From: Jatrophihabitantaceae bacterium
Lineage (GTDB): Bacteria > Actinomycetota > Actinomycetes > Mycobacteriales > Jatrophihabitantaceae
Direction of reading: 5' to 3'
Assembly (NCBI GenBank): GCA_045807085.1
Contig: JBJMIB010000037.1
Location: forward strand, 39,546 to 103,545
DNA length: 64,000 nucleotides
The notes beneath the pieces are model-generated. The model was not told the origin of the DNA, ran no database searches, and saw only the letters and a program-made list of their open reading frames with translations. Positions within the stretch are counted from its first letter, which is position 1. Each line of letters begins with the position of its first letter. The position numbers and the translations under genes are program-made. This document shows positions 47,211 to 56,355 of this stretch, one piece after another.

Positions 47211-47377
47211 CGTGTGTCCTTGCTGTAGGTGGACCCGGGAGCGCAGGCAGCGGGTACGCCCTCCGAGCAAGGGCTGAGCGTGGCGGCTAATTGGAGGCCG
47301 CGCCGGTTGCCTTGGATTCCCGCGCGCCGCGATTGCCCTAGCAGCGCGGGGGTGACTTTGACGCTCACCGGGTCAGG

Positions 47378-47551
47378 TCAGTCGTCGGTCGGCAGGGTCA
47401 CCCGGTCACCGACCGAGACTCCGGCCGTCAGGGTCGCTGTGCTCTGCTCGGCCATCTCCGCGAGGGCCAGCGCGACCGCGTTGGCCGGGCGGGACGTGAT
47501 GCAGTCGTCCGGGGTGCCGTCATCCGGCACGCCGGCAGGTTGGGTAATCAC
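47378..47551 (-). CDS. 57-aa small ORF (not in the ORF track)
   Basis: GTGA overlap with the upstream gene stop; MITQPAGVPDDGTPDDCITSRPANAVALALAEMAEQSTATLTAGVSVGDRVTLPTDD. Confidence 0.5.
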   Translation of the reverse strand: MITQPAGVPDDGTPDDCITSRPANAVALALAEMAEQSTATLTAGVSVGDRVTLPTDD

Positions 47552-48075
47552 TGGACGCCCCGCTCCATCGCGGACAGCCGCACGGCGGTCCGGATGAGCT
47601 TGGTGTCCCGACGACGGCGGGCGGTGATCCGCGCGGCGCGGTCGGCCAGCTCAGCGGCCTCCTGCACCTCCTCGAACGACGGTGCGGACGTGTCGGCCGA
47701 CGTGTCGCCGTACCATGCCTCGTTGCACTTGTCCTGCACCCACTTGGCCTGTAGGCCGGCCTGCCGCGCGTCTTCCCAGTCCATTCGGGACGACGCCAGC
47801 GCGACCATCTCGGCCCGGGTGTGCCCGATGCCGCCGTTACGGACGGCCTCCCGCACGTCGAAGATTTCGCCCCGGTCGACCGCGAGTTCGATCGAGGCCC
47901 TGATCCGCTTGTCCTCGTCCTGCGCCCGCAGCTCGGCCCGCTCCCGCTCCACCCGGGCGGCCTGCTGGTCGAACGCGGCATCGGCCATCTCGCACCGCAG
48001 CCGCAACGACGGCGACATGCGCTCACGGGACGCGCCGCCGAACCCGCCACCTACGAAAACAACCATCTCAGTCAC
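47548..48075 (-). CDS. Hypothetical helical/coiled-coil protein
   Basis: AAGGAG upstream, GTGA overlap with the HTH gene; heptad-like QQAARVERERAELRAQ segment. Confidence 0.65.
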   Translation of the reverse strand: MTEMVVFVGGGFGGASRERMSPSLRLRCEMADAAFDQQAARVERERAELRAQDEDKRIRASIELAVDRGEIFDVREAVRNGGIGHTRAEMVALASSRMDWEDARQAGLQAKWVQDKCNEAWYGDTSADTSAPSFEEVQEAAELADRAARITARRRRDTKLIRTAVRLSAMERGVQ

Positions 48076-48479
48076 TCGGAATTCTCCTTCGGGGTGGCCG
48101 GCAGCCCGGCGACGTAGGTCTGTAGGTCGGCAGTCCGCACAACCGCCTTGCCGGCGATGCGGACGCTGGGCAGTTCACCGGCAGCGATGAGCCGCTGTGC
48201 AGAGCGCTTCGAGCAGCGCAGCGCGTCAGCGGCTTCGTCAACGTCCAGCACAAGAGCCATGGGCGCAGAGTCAGCCTCAGCACCCGAGCCCGGCAAGTTT
48301 GGCGCTCCCTGGCGCTCGGTGGCGCTCTCTGTCGTTTCCAGCACCGCGATCAGGTCCCGCACGACAGCCGGAACGGGCAAGCCCTCAGCCCGACGACGCG
48401 TCCGATAGCTCACCAGGGCACGCCGCAGATGCACCCCATCGGACGCGTCCAGCGCCAACACCAGCGCCGAGCTACCCAT
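48072..48479 (-). CDS. Excisionase-like HTH_17 domain protein
   Basis: C-terminal LDVDEAADALRCSKRSAQRLIAAGELPSVRIAGKAVVRTADL; start trimmed to ATG 48479. Confidence 0.8.
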   Translation of the reverse strand: MGSSALVLALDASDGVHLRRALVSYRTRRRAEGLPVPAVVRDLIAVLETTESATERQGAPNLPGSGAEADSAPMALVLDVDEAADALRCSKRSAQRLIAAGELPSVRIAGKAVVRTADLQTYVAGLPATPKENSE

Positions 48480-48513
48480 GATCGCGCGCCCGCATCGTGG
48501 AAGACCCGGCACT

Positions 48514-48698
48514 CCGACCCGCCAGCCGAGCTTTTTCTGTCTGTAGCCGAAAAAAAGCAAGCCGTCGTGAAACGCCGGGCGCACCCGACCCGCCAGCCGA
48601 ACAGATTTCTCCCCCCGATACCCCGGGGAGGGGGGTAGGTAGCCGCGTGGTGGTGGAAAAAAAGCCGTAGATAGAAAAGGTTCGGCTGGCGGGTCGAG
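48514..48698. promoter_or_regulatory. Symmetric non-coding site: candidate packaging (cos-like) or replication site
   Basis: Three identical 15-mers CGACCCGCCAGCCGA (48515, 48586, inverted at 48682), a 28-bp inverted repeat (25/28), A7 tracts, and a central C6-GATA-CCCCGGGG-A-G6 near-palindrome. Confidence 0.55.
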
Positions 48699-48849
48699 AG
48701 GCCGTTCGGTTTCGCGATCCGGTTCGGTTGTGGGCTGCCGTGTCGCGCTCGGCCCGGTCGAGTTCGATGCACCCGGCGATGGTCAGGCCGGCGAGCGGGG
48801 TCAGCCAGGAGGCTGTCACCAGCATGTTGTGCAGGGCGGCGTACAGCAT

Positions 48850-49557
48850 TTAGCTGGCCCTGATGTCGAGCTGAGGGAATGGGCAGTACTGGCCTGCGGT
48901 CAGCCTGTGGCAGCCGGAGTTGTCGCCCATCGTGGTCCGTCGTCGGCACTCGCTGCAGTTCGGCTCTGTGCCGCTGGTGTTCGGTGAGTCGGCAACGGTG
49001 GTGGTGGTGTCCGGTGCTGCTTCGTCGGTGCGCTGTTCCTGGTGTTGCTGGTCGGGTGCGTCGCGGCTGCCGTCGTGGTCGGGTCGCCGGTCGCGGCCTT
49101 GGTCTAAGGCTCCGTGCTCACTTGCGTTCGCGCTGTCTTCTATTGACTCGGCCACTAGGTGGCACACTCGTTCGGGCCGGGAGTGTGTACTTTCTGGCTC
49201 ACTCGTTCGGCCATTAGTGGTGCACTCCCTAGCTTCGGAGTAGGCCACATGTGGCGCACTATCGCCTTGCGGAGTAGGCCATTCGTGGCACACTCCGGGC
49301 AGTGCCGCCTGATACCTCGATCGGGCACCGACACCGCCCCGGGCGATGCGGTCCAGCCAGCCGGCGTCAACCGCTTTCGCCAGGTGGCGCGCGAGCGTCC
49401 GGACAGGTAGCCCGGTCAGCTCGGCCATCTCCGTATTCGTGGCCGTGATGGTGCCCTCGGTGGTCATCGGCAGCAGCAGCAGCGTTGCCCGTGCGATCCG
49501 TAGCCCGGCCGGGAAGTCGCCGCGCCGTACCTCGCGTAGCCACTGCCCGCGGTTCAT
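48850..49557 (-). CDS. Winged-HTH replication initiator-like protein
   Basis: N-terminal wHTH TNTEMAELTGLPVRTLARHLAKAVDAGWL..G....SRY, internal iterons, low-complexity linker, C-terminal Cys cluster. Confidence 0.7.
   Translation of the reverse strand: MNRGQWLREVRRGDFPAGLRIARATLLLLPMTTEGTITATNTEMAELTGLPVRTLARHLAKAVDAGWLDRIARGGVGARSRYQAALPGVCHEWPTPQGDSAPHVAYSEARECTTNGRTSEPESTHSRPERVCHLVAESIEDSANASEHGALDQGRDRRPDHDGSRDAPDQQHQEQRTDEAAPDTTTTVADSPNTSGTEPNCSECRRRTTMGDNSGCHRLTAGQYCPFPQLDIRAS
49150..49294. repeat. Four iterons inside the initiator gene (putative ori)
   Basis: GGCCA-N4/5-TGGYRCACT at 49150, 49209, 49243, 49277; the last three are spaced exactly 34 bp. Confidence 0.8.
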
Positions 49558-49784
49558 GGTGACCCGCCGAGAGTGAGTTCCACCTGGTGCCCGTCGGCCA
49601 CCAGCGCGGCCTCAACGTCTGCAAGGTGCTGGCGGGCTACCAGGTAGGCGTGCCGGCGATGGTCGTACATCCACGGGATGCCGAGCCGCTGAATGGCGGG
49701 GTGCACGATCCGAACCGGGCCGCTGATAAGGCCGCTGTGCATGTGCACGCCGGTTCGGATGGTGGAGGAGGTCTTCTTCTTCAC
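49554..49784 (-). CDS. Hypothetical protein
   Basis: 76 aa; GTGA and ATGA overlaps on both sides within the early operon. Confidence 0.65.
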   Translation of the reverse strand: MKKKTSSTIRTGVHMHSGLISGPVRIVHPAIQRLGIPWMYDHRRHAYLVARQHLADVEAALVADGHQVELTLGGSP

Positions 49785-50209
49785 GCGGCAACACCTGGGT
49801 CTCCATCGAGAAGATCACCGCGATCTCCATCGAGCCGAACACCTGGGTAGTCAGGTGAGCCGCCGTACCGCTGCCGGTTGCGGTACGCCTGTTCGAATCT
49901 GTAGCACTTCGCGCAGCGCCTGCAGCGAGTCCGGCAAGGCTCGTTGTCGCACTGCCGAGCCCGCGCCAGCTCATCCTGCGTCGGCTGCCTGAGTGTGGAG
50001 ATCGTCGGTGCAAGCCACTCACTGACCCGTTCGGCGTGCGCGTCCCACCCCGCGAGCCAGCCCGCCGTGTAGTGACCGAACTCCTCCGGGGAGAACGGCC
50101 AGAACGGCGAGGTTCTGTCGGTGCCAGCGGGTAGGATCGGGCCGTCAGTGGTGCGGTTTGGGATCGGGTCGGTCTGGGCGGGCCGACCTTTTCCATCCGG
50201 CGGGCTCAC
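49781..50209 (-). CDS. Hypothetical protein with a Cys-rich motif
   Basis: GTG 50209 overlaps the upstream TGA; GWLAGW and CRTRCRRCAKC motifs. Confidence 0.6.
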   Translation of the reverse strand: MSPPDGKGRPAQTDPIPNRTTDGPILPAGTDRTSPFWPFSPEEFGHYTAGWLAGWDAHAERVSEWLAPTISTLRQPTQDELARARQCDNEPCRTRCRRCAKCYRFEQAYRNRQRYGGSPDYPGVRLDGDRGDLLDGDPGVAA

Positions 50210-50394
50210 GCGGCATCGCCGCTGCAGCTCTGCGCGTCGATCCACTGCTCTAGCGCATCGGCGGGGTACCGGACGAGACGGCCGGTCTTGATCCACTTCG
50301 GGCCATAGCCGATGCCGCGCCAGTAGCGCAGCGTTTCGATCGGCCGCTTCAACCGCGCCCCGACTTCTAGCGGGGTGAGTAGTTCGCTCATCAC
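50206..50394 (-). CDS. AlpA/excisionase-type HTH protein
   Basis: LLTPLEVGARLKRPIETLRYWR..GYGPKWIKTGRLVRY....LEQWI; GGAG RBS. Confidence 0.88.
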   Translation of the reverse strand: MMSELLTPLEVGARLKRPIETLRYWRGIGYGPKWIKTGRLVRYPADALEQWIDAQSCSGDAA

Positions 50395-50402
50395 GTCTCC
50401 TA

Positions 50403-50498
50403 TTCGCGTAGGTGCTCTGGCCTACATACATAGCGTGACAGCGAGAGCGAACGCGTAGGAGCGTTGACTTACGCGGGAGGTCGTGTAACCTACGCGTT
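50403..50498. promoter_or_regulatory. Divergent switch region with operator repeats
   Basis: CGCGTAGG at 50405 and 50452; perfect inverted repeat AACGCGTAGG (50450-50459) / CCTACGCGTT (50489-50498); TTGACT-N16-TAACCT ending 7 nt before GTG 50499. Confidence 0.65.
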
Positions 50499-51152
50499 GT
50501 GACGCTTTTCTCGATCGGCCGGGCCGGCTGGGTCCGGTTCGAATCCGCGGACTGCCCGCCGACCTACCTCCGGTACCTGCCTGACGAGATCGGCCGATGG
50601 ACGCTGCGCGAGCTGATGATGGACGCCAGCGAGTCTCCGGCGATCACAGCGGCGACTCTGGCCGCGCTGCCGCTGGCCCAAATCGAGTTCAATGTGAACT
50701 ACTACGCCGACTTGATGGAGGGCAGCCAAGAGGGCGGCCAAACGCTATCGAGCGCGGTCGGTGGTCCTGCTGCCGGCTCCAACGTGGCTGTCCTCGCTTC
50801 CCATTTCGCTACCGGCTTCGTCAAGTACCAGCCGGAGAAGTGGGTAGCGCTCGCGCAGCAGGGTAAGCAGGTCGGCAAGGAGCGACGCGCTGTAGGGGCC
50901 AAACGTCCGACTCTGGACGTTGACTACCGCCTCACGGAACCGCCGCCCGGCAGGTTGACCGATGAGTTTCTAGGCAAGGTGGCGCGCGCCTATGCCGCTG
51001 CGATGGTGCGGGGTGAAGCGCCGCTCCAAGCAATGATCGCGGACCTTCGAGCGGCAGGCGCTGGCGACTACCGGCGCGCGGTTGAGCGCTGGGTTGCTAC
51101 AGCACGGAAACGCGGCGTCATGCCGCCCGGCAAGAAAGGTGCTCGCGGATGA
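50499..51152 (+). CDS. Putative regulator with a C-terminal HTH-like region (resembles DUF6214)
   Basis: LGKVARAYAAAMVRGEAPLQAM...AVERWVATARKRGVM; divergent from AlpA-like gene and ATGA-coupled to the integrase. Confidence 0.6.
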   Translation: MTLFSIGRAGWVRFESADCPPTYLRYLPDEIGRWTLRELMMDASESPAITAATLAALPLAQIEFNVNYYADLMEGSQEGGQTLSSAVGGPAAGSNVAVLASHFATGFVKYQPEKWVALAQQGKQVGKERRAVGAKRPTLDVDYRLTEPPPGRLTDEFLGKVARAYAAAMVRGEAPLQAMIADLRAAGAGDYRRAVERWVATARKRGVMPPGKKGARG

Positions 51153-52237
51153 GCAGCAGCATCACCAAGCGGCCGAACGGTCAATGGCGGGCCCGGTACC
51201 GGGACGCGGACAACCGGGAGCACGCTCGGCACTTCTCCCGCAAGGTGGACGGGCAGCGCTGGCTGGACGAGCAGACCGCTGGCCTGGTCACCGGGCAGCA
51301 CATCGACCCCCGCTCGGCCAAGGTCACCTTGCGCGCCTACGCCGAACAGTGGGAAGCGGTGCAGGTCTGCCGGCCGGCAACCGCCAGCATCACCAGCAAC
51401 GCGCTCCGGCTGCATATCCTGCCCCGGCTCGGCAACCGGCCCATGTCGTCGATCCTGCGAACCGACGTTCAGGCACTCGTCAAGGCCCTGTCCGATGACC
51501 TGGCACCGTCCAGCACCCGGAACGTTTACGACACCTTAACGCGGGTGTTCGGTGCCGCTGTCGATGACCGGATCGTTGCCAGCTCACCATGCCGCCGGAT
51601 CACCCTGCCCCCGGTCGATGACAGCGAGATCGTGCCGCCGACCGTCGAACAGGTCCGGGCGATGGTGGACGCCATGCCCGAGCGGTACCGCGCCGCCGTT
51701 GTGCTGCTGGCCGGGTCCGGCCTGCGGATCGGGGAACTGCTCGGCCTGCAGCGCTCCGACGTGGACTTTCTGCGCCGCACCGTCCGGGTAGAGCGGCAAC
51801 GGCTGCAGAACGGCCAGCTAGGGCCCTGCAAGACCGGCAAGAGCGTCCGCACCGTCCCGCTCGGCCAGGTCGTCATCGACCAGCTAGCCGCCCACCTGGC
51901 TTCGGGCTCCGTGGAGCCCGAAGCCTCACCTGAGATGTTCACGGCCGGGAGGGGTCAGCCGCTCCGCTACAACGCCTGGAAGGCGGCCTGGCAGGCCGCG
52001 TGCCGGGTCACCGGGCACGAGCTGACCACGCACGACCTGAGGCACTTCTACGCGTCCAGCCTGATCGCCGGGGGAGCGTCGGTGAAGCAGGTTCAGACGG
52101 TGCTCGGCCACGCCAGCCCGGTCGTCACCTTGCGGGTGTACTCGCACATGTGGCCCGGCGACGATGACCGGGTACGCACGATCACCGATGCCACGCTGGA
52201 GCCCTTGCGGACTATCTGCGGACAGCAGGCGGTGTGA
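51149..52237 (+). CDS. Tyrosine recombinase / phage integrase
   Basis: N-terminal arm-binding WRARYRD; catalytic GLRIGELLGL (R), KT, HDLRHFYAS (HxxR), LGH, TLRVYSH (Y). Confidence 0.96.
   Translation: MSSSITKRPNGQWRARYRDADNREHARHFSRKVDGQRWLDEQTAGLVTGQHIDPRSAKVTLRAYAEQWEAVQVCRPATASITSNALRLHILPRLGNRPMSSILRTDVQALVKALSDDLAPSSTRNVYDTLTRVFGAAVDDRIVASSPCRRITLPPVDDSEIVPPTVEQVRAMVDAMPERYRAAVVLLAGSGLRIGELLGLQRSDVDFLRRTVRVERQRLQNGQLGPCKTGKSVRTVPLGQVVIDQLAAHLASGSVEPEASPEMFTAGRGQPLRYNAWKAAWQAACRVTGHELTTHDLRHFYASSLIAGGASVKQVQTVLGHASPVVTLRVYSHMWPGDDDRVRTITDATLEPLRTICGQQAV
52206..52223 (+). promoter_or_regulatory. Integrase arm-type sites, right end of the element
   Basis: TGCGGAC at 52206 and 52217 (11-bp period), within the end of int. 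Confidence 0.75.
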
Positions 52238-52272
52238 GCACCATGCAGCCCAGCAAATACGGGCCTTCCCGC

Positions 52273-52299
52273 CTAGGCAGCCTTCTTGGTCTCCCAGAA
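52273..52299. repeat. att core, right copy (3' end of intact sodN)
   Basis: Identical to 43468-43494. Confidence 0.95.
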
Positions 52300-52671
52300 G
52301 ATCGTGTCGATCTCGGCGATCAGGTCCAGCAGCGCCTGGCCCTCGGCCGGGTCGACGGAGCCCTTGCCGCCGGCCGCGCCGGCTGCCTTGGTGGCCTTGT
52401 TGAACAGCTCGTGCAGCTGCGGGTACTTCTCGAAGTGCGGCGGCTTGAAGTAGTCGGTCCACAGCACCCACAGGTGGTGCTTGACCAGGTCTGCCCGCTG
52501 CTCCTTGATCAGCAGCGCCCGGGTGCGAAAGACCGGGTCCTCGTTGGCCTGGTACTTCTCCATGATGGCCTTCACCGACTCGGCTTCGATCCGAGCCTGG
52601 GCCGGGTCGTAGACACCGCACGGCAGGTCGCAGTGAGCTGAGGCAGTGGCCACACGACGCATCAAGCGCAT
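52273..52671 (-). CDS. sodN: Nickel superoxide dismutase
   Basis: Leader followed by the nickel hook HCDLPCGVYDPAQA; HLWVLWTDYFK. Confidence 0.97.
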   Translation of the reverse strand: MRLMRRVATASAHCDLPCGVYDPAQARIEAESVKAIMEKYQANEDPVFRTRALLIKEQRADLVKHHLWVLWTDYFKPPHFEKYPQLHELFNKATKAAGAAGGKGSVDPAEGQALLDLIAEIDTIFWETKKAA

Positions 52672-52781
52672 TGACTTTCCTCCATTTCAACATGGATGCC
52701 CGAGGGTTCACCGGACTGATCCCGGGCGAACCGCTCATCGCTGACGACCCTACTCCGCAGCCGTTCCCGGGTTCCGGCAGC

Positions 52782-53156
52782 ATGTCGAGCGTGCGGGCCC
52801 TGCTCAGCTGGCAGCGAATCCGGATCGCCGGCTACTCCATGACGCCCACCCTGCTGCCCGGTGATCTGGTACTGGTCCGGCACGGCGCCCCGGTGCGCCC
52901 GGGCGCGATCGTGCTGGCCCGGTTTCGCGGTCAGCCCGAGCCGCTGGTGGTCAAGCGGGCGGTACGACCGGAGGCCGGCGGCTGGCTGCTCGCCTCGGAC
53001 AACGCCCGGGCCGGGTCCGACTCCCGCCAGCACGGGGTGGCCGAGGTCGCCGCGGTGGCCGTCCGGATCTGGCCTCGTGGCGCCGGCCGGGCGCCGGGTC
53101 GCACGCCGGGCCGGTGGCTCGGCCAGCCCGTCCCGCCGCCGCCGGCCGGTCTGTGA
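52782..53156 (+). CDS. sodX: Ni-SOD maturation protease (S26 family)
   Basis: GYSMTPTL, VVKRA, SDNARAGSDSRQHG; divergent from sodN. Confidence 0.9.
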   Translation: MSSVRALLSWQRIRIAGYSMTPTLLPGDLVLVRHGAPVRPGAIVLARFRGQPEPLVVKRAVRPEAGGWLLASDNARAGSDSRQHGVAEVAAVAVRIWPRGAGRAPGRTPGRWLGQPVPPPPAGL

Positions 53157-53316
53157 ACGGTCCGGCATCGTCGCCGGTGGGCAGGTTGTGGCCGGTTCAT
53201 GAACAACTGCGGTCTGTCGTGCACGCATCCCTGGGTAGCCCCGCGCTGTGCCAGACTTGGTCACGGTTGGTCGGGTTTCTCAATGCCCCTCAGCCGAACA
53301 GCTGTGGAGGTGTTCG

Positions 53317-54495
<1,179 letters not shown>

Positions 54496-54518
54496 GTGCT
54501 CAGTCCGCCGGGCCATCG

Positions 54519-54543
54519 TTTACAAAATTTGCGAATTTGTAAA
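54519..54543. promoter_or_regulatory. AT-rich palindrome, putative operator
   Basis: TTTACAAA-N9-TTTGTAAA. Confidence 0.55.
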
Positions 54544-54580
54544 CTGATCGGCACGATGGAAGGCGGAAGGAGGCGCCACC

Positions 54581-54673
54581 ATGATCACCATGACCGGCTC
54601 GGGCATTGTGCTGCTGGTTATCGCGTTGGTCGCGCTCGCCGCGATCGCGATCCGAGAAGGCCTACGCCGATAA
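54581..54673 (+). CDS. 30-aa single-TM small protein (not in the ORF track)
   Basis: AAGGAGG RBS 7 nt upstream; MITMTGSGIVLLVIALVALAAIAIREGLRR. Confidence 0.6.
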   Translation: MITMTGSGIVLLVIALVALAAIAIREGLRR

Positions 54674-54900
54674 ACCGCCGGCGCCGAGACGTCAGCGCCG
54701 CTCGAAGACCGCAACCGTCCGGGCCGGCACCATGAACGTCCGGACGCCTGATCGAAGCCGGCAGTCCGGACCACTGGGTCACTGCCGTGGGCAGGCTGCC
54801 CTTCAGCCGAGGATCGACGTTCGGCCCGACGGTGTCGTCGATCCGCTCGACGATGACCCCCGGCATCGAACTCGGCTCGCGGCTGGCGGTAACGGCACGG

Positions 54901-56169
54901 CTATCCGGAGTCGGTGTCGTGTCGGGTGCCGGTCGGGTCGGTGAGTAGTTCGGGATGGTGCAGATAGTTGCGTTGTGGTTGCTGGGTCGGGTGCCAGTCT
55001 GGTGGTTGCCAGTGTGGGATGCCGTTGAGCATGACCGTCCGCCAACCCTGCTTCGGCGCTTCGACGTTGTGGTAGCCGCAGGCGATCGCCATGCTGTCCA
55101 GGTTGGTGTGGCCGCCGGTGGCCCAGTCGGTGGCGTGATGGATCTCCGACCGTGCGGCGCTGCGGTCGCAGCCGGGAAAGGTGCAGCCACGGTCGCGGGC
55201 GAATAGCGCTTTGCGCTGGCCGGGTGAGGCCAGCCGGCGGCCGCGGCCGTAGGCGAGGATGCCGCCGGTGTCGTCGAGCACGGCGGGCAGTAGACCGCCG
55301 TCGGCGGCGAGGCGCAGCGCGTCGTCGATGGTGAGGGTGCCGCCGTGGTGGGTGGTGGCTCGGCCGGCCCGGCGTTCCACGTCGGTGAGGCTCAGGGTGA
55401 GGATCAGCTGGCTGGGTAGCCCGGCGTGGTCGGGCAGCTCGCCGGTGGCGAGCAGTCGGCGGCCGGCTTCTTCGAACGCGTCGTGCAGCCGCTGCGCCGG
55501 ACTGCGATCATCCGCACCGAGCGCGTCGTCCGGTCGGGCAGCGGCCAGCGGGGTGAGGACCGCTTCCCAGATGGCCTGGCAGGCCGGTGTGAGCCGGCCG
55601 TCCAGCAGCCCGGTCGAATCCGGGAGGCAGGTCAAGGAGAGTCGCCGGTGGGCCTGTTGCAGCCGCCGCTCGTCGGGGCTGGGGCCGTCCGGGTCCAGGT
55701 GGGCCAGGATCCGCTGGCCGAGCAACCGGATCGTGCGCGGATCGCTGGTCCGAGCGTGCTCCACCAGCGTTGATTCCACCGGTGCCGCGTGTGCGGCCCG
55801 CTCCGCCGCGGGGATGGCCTCGACCGTCTCGGCGATCGCCGCCGCGTGCTCGCAACCGACCTCACCGGCCTCGAATGCGGCGGCCGTGGCGGGCAGCATC
55901 GGCTCCAGCGGCTCGCCGATCAAGCTCCGCCGGGCACCGAACCGCTCGACCGCCTGCGCCCGCTTCCGCGCCTCGGCCCGGCCGCAGCGCAGCTGCGCCG
56001 CGATCAAGTCCGACAGCCCGCGGAAGCCCAACGTGCCGGGCACACTCCGCGCGTTGAGTTCGGCCAACACCGCCAACTGCCGGTATCGCAAGCGAGCCAG
56101 CTCGGCTTCCAGCTCCACAACCTCGGCGAGCAGCTGAGCATCCGTAGCGGTCCCGAGCGGCTCGATCAC
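54901..56169 (-). CDS. DUF222 / HNH endonuclease signature protein (13E12-repeat family)
   Basis: RSPAQRLHDAF, GRGRRLASPGQRKALFARDRGCTFPGC, EIHHATDWATGGHTNL....ACGYHN. Confidence 0.9.
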   Translation of the reverse strand: MIEPLGTATDAQLLAEVVELEAELARLRYRQLAVLAELNARSVPGTLGFRGLSDLIAAQLRCGRAEARKRAQAVERFGARRSLIGEPLEPMLPATAAAFEAGEVGCEHAAAIAETVEAIPAAERAAHAAPVESTLVEHARTSDPRTIRLLGQRILAHLDPDGPSPDERRLQQAHRRLSLTCLPDSTGLLDGRLTPACQAIWEAVLTPLAAARPDDALGADDRSPAQRLHDAFEEAGRRLLATGELPDHAGLPSQLILTLSLTDVERRAGRATTHHGGTLTIDDALRLAADGGLLPAVLDDTGGILAYGRGRRLASPGQRKALFARDRGCTFPGCDRSAARSEIHHATDWATGGHTNLDSMAIACGYHNVEAPKQGWRTVMLNGIPHWQPPDWHPTQQPQRNYLHHPELLTDPTGTRHDTDSG

Positions 56170-56177
56170 ATGTTCGA
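56162..56177. promoter_or_regulatory. LexA SOS box overlapping the DUF222 start
   Basis: TCGATC-ACAT-GTTCGA, one mismatch from the actinobacterial TCGAAC-N4-GTTCGA; TAGAAT -10 directly adjacent on the minus strand. Confidence 0.7.
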
Positions 56178-56355
56178 TTCTACCGTACCGAACAGCGATA
56201 GGCAAGCCTCGCCGTCCATGAATTTCCTTATGAAGTAAGGCGAAAACGAAAAGCAGCAACGCAACCGAGGCGGAAGCACGACTCCTCGCCGCTGCGCCTT
56301 TTTGTTTGGCCGAAAGGCAGATCACCAGCGTTCCGGGCGTCTGGCAGCGGTGGCT

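Larger units (their letters stand above)
43468..52299. mobile_element. Integrative phage-satellite-like (PICI-like) element inserted in the sodN 3' end
   Basis: 27-bp direct repeats at both ends; tyrosine integrase adjacent to the right att; divergent regulator/AlpA-like pair; wHTH initiator with iterons; tail hub/LamG gene. Confidence 0.9.

Noticed and set aside
48472-48849. 125-aa ORF downstream of rep
   Set aside because: Its 3' two-thirds translate the symmetric repeat and homopolymer region. Only the hydrophobic first ~30 codons look plausible, so it is not called.
43468-52299. Complete prophage
   Set aside because: No recognisable terminase, portal, capsid, tape measure or lysis genes within the att-bounded 8.8 kb.
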